A stretch of DNA of 64,000 bases from an uncultured Planctomycetia bacterium (GTDB lineage: Bacteria; Omnitrophota; Gorgyraeia; Taenaricolales; CAZCCH01), in assembly GCA_964497315.1 (NCBI GenBank), contig CAZCCH010000002.1, forward strand, positions 17,519-81,518, given 5' to 3'. A model generated the notes under the pieces. That model was not told where the DNA came from, did no database searches, and was given only the letters and a program-made list of their open reading frames with translations. Each line of letters begins with the position of its first letter. Positions within the stretch are counted from its first letter, which is position 1. Positions 19,901-27,894 of this stretch are shown here, one piece after another. Made by a program: the position numbers and the translations under genes.

Positions 19901-21128
19901 ACTCTCGTTCACCATCCTGCTCAGTGAAGCGGGCGGGGGATTTGGTGAAATCTAACATATCATGCGCCTTCGGTGCTGGCGCCTTATCTTTATATCCCAC
20001 AATTCCCTTAAGATAAAACCAACCGTCGCAGCGATCAAGCCCATCTTGGACATGAGTCCAATTACCGCTACGCCCATACCTTTCTCTCTTTATTTTGGTC
20101 AGACCCTTCAGAATACCCTTCAGCGTATTCCCGTTACCTAAAGGTGCAAAATTCTCTCGGAGCATATTATATAATAATTCCGCTGGAATGTGTGTTTCGT
20201 CCTTAGGGGCTGCCTGACGTAATCTCTCAACCTCTGATCTGTCGATCAGGCCCAGCAAAAATAATCCTCTCAATGTATAAATCGCTGTGCTTGCGCTGCG
20301 CTTACACTCATCAAAGTCTAAATCTGCCCCATAACAGTCAGAAAAAGTCCTCATGACAAAAATGTTTGGGGTCTTGGTTGTAATTTCGTAGCCTCTAAAA
20401 TGCTGCTCAGCTATTTTTCTCTGAATATTGACAAGCTCTATTATTTTACCGCGTTCTCTTCTGGAGGGATCGACATACAAGGCGTATATGTCAATTCTAG
20501 AATCTTCCTCACAAATACCAATGGTCTGTTCAAAAACATAGGGTGCTTCTGCCTTTAATTTTCTGGTGGCGAAATACGCAAAGCTATCTATCGGCATACG
20601 AACCCAATTTGTCTTAAGCAACCTCTCTAAGGGTGCGACTCTCAGACGAATTATAGCAGGTTCGGCATGCCAATACAGCAACACGATATCCTGATCGTCT
20701 AATTCCTTTTCTTCTTGTAATTCCCTTAATGCTTCTCTGACATCCTTGCCCGGCCTTACGGCCAATTCTGCCTTGGGGTTTAACGATTTGTATAGCTTTG
20801 AGCCACGGCCCCCTAACCAAAAACTCGCCTCTACTCTACCTTCCAAAATTGCTTTCTTCTCCCCTAAACTCTCAGCCGTGATAGTGGGGGGATGTTGAGG
20901 TGGACTTGTAGAGTTTTCAATTTTTTGCTCTAGCTGTTCTCCCTGGTTTGGCCGATCTCCTTCCGTAAACCTTGCAGCTAGTTCTCTTGTAAGCTCTTTA
21001 TCTTTTGCTGTGGTATCAGGCCTGAGGGTCTCTTTGGAAGGGGATGCAAGAATATAGTCTACCCCTATCAGTGACATTGTAAATGCCACAAGTAGACATA
21101 ATGATATTATTTTCTTAGTATAGTTCAT
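16992..21128 (-). CDS. Exported multi-module protein A (signal peptide; GNAT-like, HEAT-repeat, HExxH and receiver modules separated by RF[T/S/A]E motifs)
   Basis: 1378-aa ORF with Sec-type signal; YVDPSRRERG, AEALGYIGDPSSLEAL, HEILH, ILLVEDD...MVADLNM; seven RFxE motifs. Confidence 0.85.
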   Translation of the reverse strand: MNYTKKIISLCLLVAFTMSLIGVDYILASPSKETLRPDTTAKDKELTRELAARFTEGDRPNQGEQLEQKIENSTSPPQHPPTITAESLGEKKAILEGRVEASFWLGGRGSKLYKSLNPKAELAVRPGKDVREALRELQEEKELDDQDIVLLYWHAEPAIIRLRVAPLERLLKTNWVRMPIDSFAYFATRKLKAEAPYVFEQTIGICEEDSRIDIYALYVDPSRRERGKIIELVNIQRKIAEQHFRGYEITTKTPNIFVMRTFSDCYGADLDFDECKRSASTAIYTLRGLFLLGLIDRSEVERLRQAAPKDETHIPAELLYNMLRENFAPLGNGNTLKGILKGLTKIKRERYGRSGNWTHVQDGLDRCDGWFYLKGIVGYKDKAPAPKAHDMLDFTKSPARFTEQDGERELAIAALVAEGAGDSDTLVSAVRTVAGYDDQEALRLLLRCLAHRSAHVQHEAMSSFVRKGVAVAPHLNEALISSYEPDTPKPERIDDFRYRLAEALGYIGDPSSLEALKRAAVGRNANVALFAAEALTMLRREREIAQEIVQFMRGHLLTPSSKHVHAAYTLARFEDDGYEAMEEIFKDKSNHSSVRMKAAWGMVQACNVRAKESFEDVLDGEWDIEAERLDELMKIRRALHKAEIDRPSLAEIVNFAFYLQNFRRRLADDDGIDPDLVMEYVKAAFKRRTELGMTIDATTEQVFKELLIEEEGVEYHEVDLVKSLVEHLNEMASDEYNRKQTVVTWLRNKQDRGISTAVVFSPENESERVEVPIEPVIDHVLGSIWFKERTENDTDSERPIVEVPEISLDKWRLFVCRARFTEQNDNEKIERAREAEARFSESNSSGQDHLKTGERMHSTTKARRLFAAEEFLPTGIVREGFLEPGLMVIVDETICKEILRLLSKYDAMGIISTAVYINRDDTHNKESFEYLEKEFGRPFQRVVVVGGIDIDWIILHEILHDCIALSSKKYPDKFRRLLEVIYETSKDNRHFGSAYTSLSHAIVVNDMVLLASGLRSFVPEFFSGQCVKGGGDSQAYVYLKYLMPDEARQLFYDLGFIWPLPFPNNEPPSIKVPREENETRFSEIKGKVNPLDVEYGPFASIERSEQRLAGERPRFTEQDGAQPIRILLVEDDGDQRERLVRGFTKEGYKVIETVNPQDALRKLDELEILPHLMVADLNMLDEETGKIDSEAGPKLAKEVRKRYPQIKTILTSMGMDGAEAERYRELEGIDEACNKVTELLVSKIKGLLSRFAESLFGDFKNLSTGLIIESPLGENILPALQDLELPKGTTIAITGDTAHLKGDVDILNAALGYELVILCETIEQAAEELRRRGLILIRLIATELRTLPAFIDEIHYITEETLQLLEELKSHKETKTGA
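17770..19934 (-). repeat. Intragenic repeat CCCGCTTCACTGAGCAG(GATGG), 3 copies encoding RFTEQ(DG)
   Basis: 22-bp identity between 17770-17791 and 19912-19933; 18-bp identity between 18660-18677 and 19917-19934; the 13-bp core recurs at 22122-22134. Confidence 0.9.
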
Positions 21129-21141
21129 AGAAATGGGATAT

Positions 21142-21258
21142 CCTGCCTTTGTCTTAAGTTAAAATAAAGTATAGCATAAGATTACCCCAAATGCAAGGCT
21201 AAAAATCTAGATTTTGTTTTTATTAACAATATTGAGATATAGTGTGTTAATGGGTGGG
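21142..21258 (-). promoter_or_regulatory. Promoter/RBS block of gene A, duplicated upstream of gene B
   Basis: TTGCAT-17-TATACT (21168-21196), TTAACA-N16-TGTTAA dyad, TAAGACAAAGGCAGG; closely similar to 24213-24344. Confidence 0.8.
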
Positions 21259-21478
21259 GCAAAAGATATAGTGAGCTAGGTGGTGGGGTATCCTCAAAAT
21301 AGTGGTAGAGGGGTACAATTTGTAACAATCCTTATAAAAGCGGTAGGGGTACCCTTAGTGTCCATATAGGTTGTCCATACTACATTAAAATTGGTTAAGA
21401 CAAAAAAACTCCTTAAGTCCTTTAGAAATAATGTATTTATAAAGAATATAAGGAGTTATAAAAACTTACTTGGTCGGT

Positions 21479-21561
21479 TTATGAGTCACCTGCGCTATGG
21501 GCCCAGTTAATAGGGTTTCAGTGAAATTGAATTATACCAGATTTAGGTGGGGTTGTAAAGG
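21479..21561 (-). pseudogene. Truncated copy of tRNA-Ile2 5' half with intact promoter
   Basis: Direct repeat of 16547-16640 with an 11-bp D-arm deletion; stops right after the anticodon loop CTCATAA. Confidence 0.88.
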
Positions 21562-21631
21562 CGGAAATATTGCCTGTGGTAAGAAAAATCCATTTGCTTT
21601 TCTTGCTAAAAAGAGATAGGGTGTAGGCGGT

Positions 21632-24208
21632 TTATATAGCTCTTGCAGCTGCTTCAAAAGCATCCATTAGGCGTCTTTCATCTTTAGGAGGATACTGTAT
21701 GCCTATTGTATCTATCATGGCTTTAAGCCATTGTGCAATAGCTGTATAGTTACGCTCTATAAGGGGTATTATTTCAATATTAGCTATTTGTTTAAGCTTT
21801 TGTGTGGTATAAAGAAGGAATTTTGGTCTGGCATTGGGGAGTTTTTCTTTTATGTATCTAGTTAGTCTATTCACTAATTCTCCTATAGCAGCTATAGTAT
21901 TACCTTCATATTCTTCTAAGCTTACTACAATTGCTCCAGCAGCAAAACGTGCTGCTTCTTTTTTAGTATTGACTAAAAATGCAAGAGGTGCTTCAGTGAA
22001 GTGTGCTCCTAAAATAGCTAGTTCCTTAGCATCTGTGCAGTCTAGGATACCAACATTTGGTCTTGAGATGTTTGGCGTTGCTTTGTATTGGAAGTCTATT
22101 TTGTTTAGGGTGTTTGTTATTTCAGTGAAGCGGGAAGATATGTGTTCCGAAGCTGCTACTCCAGCAAAGAAATCAAGCACCTTAGAGCGGCTATTTGGAT
22201 GTTGCTGTCCAGGTATCTCATCTTCTCTTCCAAGTATCCACTTAGCAAAGGCATCTGCAAGGCTGAATGCTCTTCCTTGCTTTACAGCAGCTTCAGGAAG
22301 AAGTTCACTTGCATAGTCTTGCATGTAATAAGGAACTCCCTCTCTGGAGTAATCACCTGATAAAATTGCTCCTGCCAACTGCACATCTTCTGGGACTACA
22401 CCGCTTCCTTCATTCCAAATATGAAAGCCTATTCTACAGGCAAAATTTTCCGGTGTCATGCCTTTATAAACATCTGCTGTTCTTGAGCTGGGAGGGTAGA
22501 GCCGTCGTTCTCCAGGCTTATATGGAACTAAAGCTAATCGGCTTACAAAATATGTATTAATTCTTCCTACAATATCTTGAAGTGGTTTCGTTTCATCATC
22601 AGAAAGACCGGCTTCAGCCGCAGCCTGTGGGACATAAAACACTCCAAAAGGATTCCTGGCGATATCCGCTAAGTTCTGTGCTGAAGCTTGGTTAAATCCT
22701 TCACAATCTTCAATGGCATCAATTGCCCCAGTTGCACGAGTAGGTGATTCGGCCATTAGTGCTGCCACGGCATCCCGTAAAGCAGTGCGGTCACCTTCAG
22801 CAACTTCAATCCCTTCTCTTTTAGTAAAATCAGAAATAACTCTACGTACCAAAGAGGCTGTATTCGGTTCATGTTGTTCTAGGGTGGTGTAGCTTCCTTC
22901 TGCAAAGCGGGTAGGGGTCACATCAATCCATTCAGTTGTGTCAAACGGCTGACTGCCTTCCTCCCGACCAAGATAAATATGGAAACCTACACCAGCCCCC
23001 CTTGTTGATACACTTAAATCCCCGGACACAAACTCTGATGGTGATTCTTTAGAAAAACCTACGCTTATATCTCCGCAATGTTTGATTTCACCTCTTTGTA
23101 ATTCCCCTTTAACCTTATCAGCATTTGCTAATATTCTAAGAAAATCTTCTCGATACGTTGTAAATAATAAACTAGTTGGATCTAAGCTAAAAAAAGCTAC
23201 ACCGTCATCATCTAGCTGTTCTCCAAACCGTTTATCTGGGTAATTAACACTAAATCCTACATCTGGTACATCAGGATTGAAAGCCTGCCGGATTTGAACC
23301 ACAATTCTAGTTCTATTAAAATTTATCCAAGCCCTTGGACCATAGAATTCACGTCCTCCAATCCTCTCGATCTCCTCTAATATTCTGGTAGCTACTGCTA
23401 CTTGCACCTCAGGTGATAGCCTTTCAGCTGGTTTAGCTTCAGGAGGGGTTTGCTCGGACTGAGCACCAGCAAGTTCTTTAATAAAGTCATCAGCTATTGC
23501 CATTCTTTCAGCATCAAGATCAGGTGTGCTACGTAGAGCCCTTAAAGTAGCTAAAGCTTTTTCTTTCTGGCGCAGTTCAAGTTGGACTACTGCCAAGTGC
23601 AACCTAGAATCAACAACCACATTCATTGACTCAGAATGCGATGAGCTCCTAGCAACTTCAATAGCCTTCTCAAAAGCATCAGCAGCTCTTTGTGAGTCAT
23701 TAGATTCTGCATGAATTCTACCAATGCATCTATTGGCTTCCGCAAGAGCAAATATGAGCTTTGGGCTCAATCTGTCCTCTCCAAACAACCGACTACCTAA
23801 TTCGTCCGCTGCAGTTAAGGCTTCTAGGGCTTCTTCATTGTCCTGATATTCCATATAACGTCCTTCTTTTGCTCTAAAAAGAAGGCGTCCCCTTGTAAAG
23901 TGGGCCTCCATAAGATGTGGTTCAGAAAGATCTCCCATATTAATAGCTTCATCAAAGAGCTCTATCGCTCTTCCATAGGATTCTACTCCTTCACTAGCTA
24001 AATCTTTGGCCATATCAAAGTAAGCTTCTGCATCTCGTGCTTTCCCATCATCCGCCCCTAATGCTTCTTCTCTAAACCTAGCTGCTATAGGAGTTTTCCT
24101 TGTCATAGGAGTCCTTAAAGCCCAGACATACTGTGACATTGTGGTATTAATAAACATACATACCACTAATAGTGCTATTATTTTGGTTAGGGATTTGTGG
24201 GATAACAT
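21632..24208 (-). CDS. Exported multi-module protein B (signal peptide; TPR and unknown modules separated by RFxE motifs)
   Basis: 858-aa ORF with Sec-type signal ending VWA; TPR-like helices at about aa 55-245; AARFREE, TRFAEG, SRFTEI. Confidence 0.85.
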   Translation of the reverse strand: MLSHKSLTKIIALLVVCMFINTTMSQYVWALRTPMTRKTPIAARFREEALGADDGKARDAEAYFDMAKDLASEGVESYGRAIELFDEAINMGDLSEPHLMEAHFTRGRLLFRAKEGRYMEYQDNEEALEALTAADELGSRLFGEDRLSPKLIFALAEANRCIGRIHAESNDSQRAADAFEKAIEVARSSSHSESMNVVVDSRLHLAVVQLELRQKEKALATLRALRSTPDLDAERMAIADDFIKELAGAQSEQTPPEAKPAERLSPEVQVAVATRILEEIERIGGREFYGPRAWINFNRTRIVVQIRQAFNPDVPDVGFSVNYPDKRFGEQLDDDGVAFFSLDPTSLLFTTYREDFLRILANADKVKGELQRGEIKHCGDISVGFSKESPSEFVSGDLSVSTRGAGVGFHIYLGREEGSQPFDTTEWIDVTPTRFAEGSYTTLEQHEPNTASLVRRVISDFTKREGIEVAEGDRTALRDAVAALMAESPTRATGAIDAIEDCEGFNQASAQNLADIARNPFGVFYVPQAAAEAGLSDDETKPLQDIVGRINTYFVSRLALVPYKPGERRLYPPSSRTADVYKGMTPENFACRIGFHIWNEGSGVVPEDVQLAGAILSGDYSREGVPYYMQDYASELLPEAAVKQGRAFSLADAFAKWILGREDEIPGQQHPNSRSKVLDFFAGVAASEHISSRFTEITNTLNKIDFQYKATPNISRPNVGILDCTDAKELAILGAHFTEAPLAFLVNTKKEAARFAAGAIVVSLEEYEGNTIAAIGELVNRLTRYIKEKLPNARPKFLLYTTQKLKQIANIEIIPLIERNYTAIAQWLKAMIDTIGIQYPPKDERRLMDAFEAAARAI

Positions 24209-24212
24209 ACTA

Positions 24213-24344
24213 CCTGCCTTTGTCTTATAGAGGTTTTTGAGTTATTTTTAGTAAGTATACCATAAGATTAGCAAAAAAGCAAGGGTAAATATCTAGATTT
24301 TGTTTTTATTAACAACATTGAGATGTAGTGTGTTAAGGGGTGGG
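24213..24344 (-). promoter_or_regulatory. Promoter/RBS block of gene B, duplicated upstream of gene A
   Basis: TTGCTT-17-TATACT (24254-24282), same dyad and TAAGACAAAGGCAGG as 21142-21258. Confidence 0.8.
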
Positions 24345-24381
24345 ATTCTAAGAAACTCTTAAGTCGCTAAATAAAAAAGGG

Positions 24382-26130
24382 TTAGAACACCTTCTCTTCT
24401 GCTAGGGTTACATCAAGAAAGCTCTTTAATCTGCGACTTCTGGTAGGATGTCTTAATTTCCTTAATGCCTTGGCTTCTATTTGCCTTACTCTTTCTCTTG
24501 TTACGTTGAATATACTGCCCACTTCTTCTAATGTCCTTGGATAGCCATCGCCTATACCAAATCTAAGCCTAATGACCTTCTTTTCCCTGTCTGTTAAGGT
24601 ACCTAAGACATTTTCCATTTGTTCTTTAAGCATGCTATAGGCAGTGGCATTGGCAGGTGAAATAGCCTTTTTGTCTTCTATAAAATCACCAAAATGTGTA
24701 TCGCCTTCATCCCCAATAGGGGTTTGCAAAGATATAGGCTCTTGGGCAATTTTTAAAATACCCCTTACTTTCTCAACAGGCATGCGCATTTCATAAGCTA
24801 TTTCTTCTGGCGTAGGTTCCTTACCATTCTCTTGCACTAACATCCTTGAGACCCTGATAAGCTTATTTATCGTCTCTGTCATATGGACCGGGATACGAAT
24901 TGTCCTTGCTTGGTCGGCTATGGCCCTGGTTATGGCTTGCCTGATCCACCAAGTGGCATAAGTAGAAAATTTATAACCCCTTTTATACTCAAATTTTTCT
25001 ACCGCCTTCATTAAACCAATATTACCTTCCTGTATTAAATCTAGGAATGTTAAACCTCTATTCGTATATTTTTTTGCAATTGAGACAACAAGTCTTAAAT
25101 TTGCCTCTACAAGCTTCCTTTTAGACTTGTTGTAATGCACTTGTTTTCTTCTTACAAGCTTTAATTTCTGCTTTACTTTAGAGCGGGGTTCTCCTAGTTG
25201 TTCCTCAAGAGAGCGAACCTTTTTCTCTAATCTTTGTATCTTACCTCTTACCCTTCTTTTGCGCATACGCTCAATTTCTCTTTTTAGTTTCTCTATTTCT
25301 GCAATGTGCGCATATACATCGGATAACATCTCCTCTACTACCGAAATATTTAAATCTAATTCTTTTACAAGTTGTGCTATTGCAGCTTGTTTTCTTGTGC
25401 GCCTGAGTCTTTGGGTAACAGAAGATATTTTCCTGATAAGTTTACTTTTTTTAAATTTTATCTCGTCATTTATTACTTCATCTGGGTTGCAATTGCCATT
25501 TAAAACCTTATTGGCTACATTTAGGGATAGCTGTTTTGCAATTTTACATTCATATATAGATTCACGAAATACTTCTTCCTTGCTCTCAATATCCTTAGCT
25601 AGTTCTATTTCGGATTCTCGGCTTAAAAGTGGAATTTGCCCCATCTGCCTTAGGTACATCCTAACTGGGTCATCTAACTGAACTACCGGAGTAAATTGCT
25701 TTAATTGCCCTTTCGGTTCCGCTACAATATGAGGTCTCTCATTTTGCGTCTGTGTAGTAGCTTCTTCTGAAGAATCAACAACCTTAATCTTCTCATTACC
25801 AAGTATAACAAATACTTTATCTATTACCTTAGAAGAGATAATGTTTTCTGGTAAGATATCGTTTATCTGTTCATATGTCAGAAAACCCTTTTCATGACCT
25901 AAGCCAATCAATTTTTTAATATCCTTTGTGTGTTTTTGCTTTTTTTGGCTGCGTATTTTTTTGGTCTTTTTTCTAGGTTTTTTCACCGAAGATCTTGTTC
26001 TTTTAAAGGTTTTTTTGCCTTTAGAAACTTTTATTTTCTTGCCTTTTCTAGAAATCTTTATCTTCTTTCGCTTAAGAACTTTTTTCTTTGGCTTCTGTCT
26101 CTTTTTTCTGGATAGTTTCTTTCTTTTCAT
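24382..26130 (-). CDS. rpoD: RNA polymerase primary sigma factor
   Basis: [59 protein letters not shown]; downstream of dnaG. Confidence 0.98.
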   Translation of the reverse strand: MKRKKLSRKKRQKPKKKVLKRKKIKISRKGKKIKVSKGKKTFKRTRSSVKKPRKKTKKIRSQKKQKHTKDIKKLIGLGHEKGFLTYEQINDILPENIISSKVIDKVFVILGNEKIKVVDSSEEATTQTQNERPHIVAEPKGQLKQFTPVVQLDDPVRMYLRQMGQIPLLSRESEIELAKDIESKEEVFRESIYECKIAKQLSLNVANKVLNGNCNPDEVINDEIKFKKSKLIRKISSVTQRLRRTRKQAAIAQLVKELDLNISVVEEMLSDVYAHIAEIEKLKREIERMRKRRVRGKIQRLEKKVRSLEEQLGEPRSKVKQKLKLVRRKQVHYNKSKRKLVEANLRLVVSIAKKYTNRGLTFLDLIQEGNIGLMKAVEKFEYKRGYKFSTYATWWIRQAITRAIADQARTIRIPVHMTETINKLIRVSRMLVQENGKEPTPEEIAYEMRMPVEKVRGILKIAQEPISLQTPIGDEGDTHFGDFIEDKKAISPANATAYSMLKEQMENVLGTLTDREKKVIRLRFGIGDGYPRTLEEVGSIFNVTRERVRQIEAKALRKLRHPTRSRRLKSFLDVTLAEEKVF

Positions 26131-27894
26131 CTAGGTCTTTCTCCCCTGGAATTTTTTCACTAATATGCTATATTTATTCACCAATACTGAAATTGTCTTT
26201 TCATCTTTTGTGTTTTGAGCCAAGCTGATCTCTTTTTGCAATTCTCGCAATTTTCTATTCATGTTGGTCTTTTCTATTGCCTTTATACAATCATCTAGGG
26301 TCTTTTTTCTATCTGAAGCCCCAACCATCTTTGTGCATATCTCAGGGACAATCTGACATAGAGATTCATCTTCTAAATTCGCTATCAGTTTACCTGGGCT
26401 AATTGAATCTGTCTTTTTTGATAATGTAAAAATTGCCTCTAGCAAAACCTTAAAATCTTCATCTTCGATTTCTGATATTTTGAGTTCTGATTTTGCATAT
26501 GCGATGAGTCGATTGTCTTCTAATAAGAGTCCTATGATCATCTGTTTAGCTACATCGAGGTTTGCCTGTTTGGATTCAAAAGAACTTTCTAAACCAGTAT
26601 ATGAATAGTCAGGCTTAACCTTCTTTAGCTCTGTCCACAAAGCAGTTTCATTTAGCTTCAAGTTTTCAGCCAGCCTTTTTATATATTCTGATTTTAAAAT
26701 GGCATTTGGTACTTTTGCAATAGTGGGTAACATCTCAGCTGTAACCTTGGTTTTACCCTCTGGGGTGTTGAGGTCGAACCTTGAAATCAAGAGGTCAAAC
26801 TTGTAGTCAAAAAGTGTTTTCGCCCTATCTACTACTTGCAAAAATTGTTCTGGGCCTTTTTCTTTAACAAAGGTATCTGGATCATGGCCCTTAGGTAAAC
26901 TTACAACTTTAACGCTTAAACCTTCGGTTAATGCAATATCCAAACCTCGTAAAGTCGCTCGTTCACCTGCCTGGTCAGCATCAAAAACCATTGCTATATT
27001 CTTTGAATACCTCTTTAATAACCTTACATGTTCAATCGTCAAGGCAGTACCTAGTGAGGCTACTACATTTTTGATGTCAGATTGGTAAAGTGCCAGAAAA
27101 TCAAGGTAGCCTTCTACAATAATTACTAAATCTTTTTGTTTTATATGGTCTTTTGCAAAGTTCAGTCCATATAAATGACGCCCCTTACTAAAAACCTTAG
27201 TCTCTGGGGAATTCACATATTTAGGTAAAGATTTATCCAATACCCTTGCCCCAAAACCTATCACAGAACCCTTTGCATTAAATATTGGAAATACTATCCT
27301 ATTACGAAATCTATCGTAATGTGTACCATCTCTTCCTGGTAAAATAAGCCCTGCTTTCTCAAGGGCATTTCGTTTAGTACCATTCTTTGTAGCATGTGAC
27401 AAGAAGGCATCCCAGGAATTGGGTGCATACCCTATCTTTAATTCTGCTACGGTTTCTTCTTTTACTCCCCTTTGCTTTAAATACTGCAAGGCCTTCTTAC
27501 CGTATTCCATTTTAAGCAAACCATAATGGTAAAACCCTGATGCCGTCTGGTTCGCAGAGTAGATATTTGTCACCTCTGATTGCGAAGAGTCAAAAGAGGT
27601 GCTTTTTCTTGGTATTTCCACACCTGCCTTTTGAGCCAAAAGCTCCGCTGCCTCTGTAAATTCTAATCTTTCATATTTCATCAAAAAGTTAAAGGCATTC
27701 CCACCCATACCGCATCCAAAACAATGGTAAATCTGTTTATCAGGACTAACAACAAAAGAAGGGGTCTTCTCATTATGAAAAGGACAACGTGCCTTAAAGT
27801 TTCTTCCGGCACGTTTTAAGGGGATATAGCTTGAGATTATCTCAACTATATCAGTCCTATCTAAAATTTCATCAAGTGTTGTTTGTGGAATCAT
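26131..27894 (-). CDS. dnaG: DNA primase
   Basis: CPFHNEKTPSF...CFGC zinc finger, FRNRIVFPI, KYVNSPET, EGYLD, FDADQAG, DPD. Confidence 0.98.
   Translation of the reverse strand: MIPQTTLDEILDRTDIVEIISSYIPLKRAGRNFKARCPFHNEKTPSFVVSPDKQIYHCFGCGMGGNAFNFLMKYERLEFTEAAELLAQKAGVEIPRKSTSFDSSQSEVTNIYSANQTASGFYHYGLLKMEYGKKALQYLKQRGVKEETVAELKIGYAPNSWDAFLSHATKNGTKRNALEKAGLILPGRDGTHYDRFRNRIVFPIFNAKGSVIGFGARVLDKSLPKYVNSPETKVFSKGRHLYGLNFAKDHIKQKDLVIIVEGYLDFLALYQSDIKNVVASLGTALTIEHVRLLKRYSKNIAMVFDADQAGERATLRGLDIALTEGLSVKVVSLPKGHDPDTFVKEKGPEQFLQVVDRAKTLFDYKFDLLISRFDLNTPEGKTKVTAEMLPTIAKVPNAILKSEYIKRLAENLKLNETALWTELKKVKPDYSYTGLESSFESKQANLDVAKQMIIGLLLEDNRLIAYAKSELKISEIEDEDFKVLLEAIFTLSKKTDSISPGKLIANLEDESLCQIVPEICTKMVGASDRKKTLDDCIKAIEKTNMNRKLRELQKEISLAQNTKDEKTISVLVNKYSILVKKFQGRKT

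Noticed and set aside
21578-21610. Terminator after gene B
   Set aside because: Only a weak A/T-rich stem (AAGAAAA/TTTTCTT) without a GC core or clear U-tract
17770-22134. RFTE DNA repeats as a CRISPR array or DGR template/variable repeats
   Set aside because: In-frame coding, irregular spacing of hundreds to thousands of bp, no cas or reverse transcriptase gene, no adenine-specific mismatch pattern
16640-24380. Intact prophage or ICE
   Set aside because: No integrase, transposase, phage or conjugation gene in the interval; only att-like remnants
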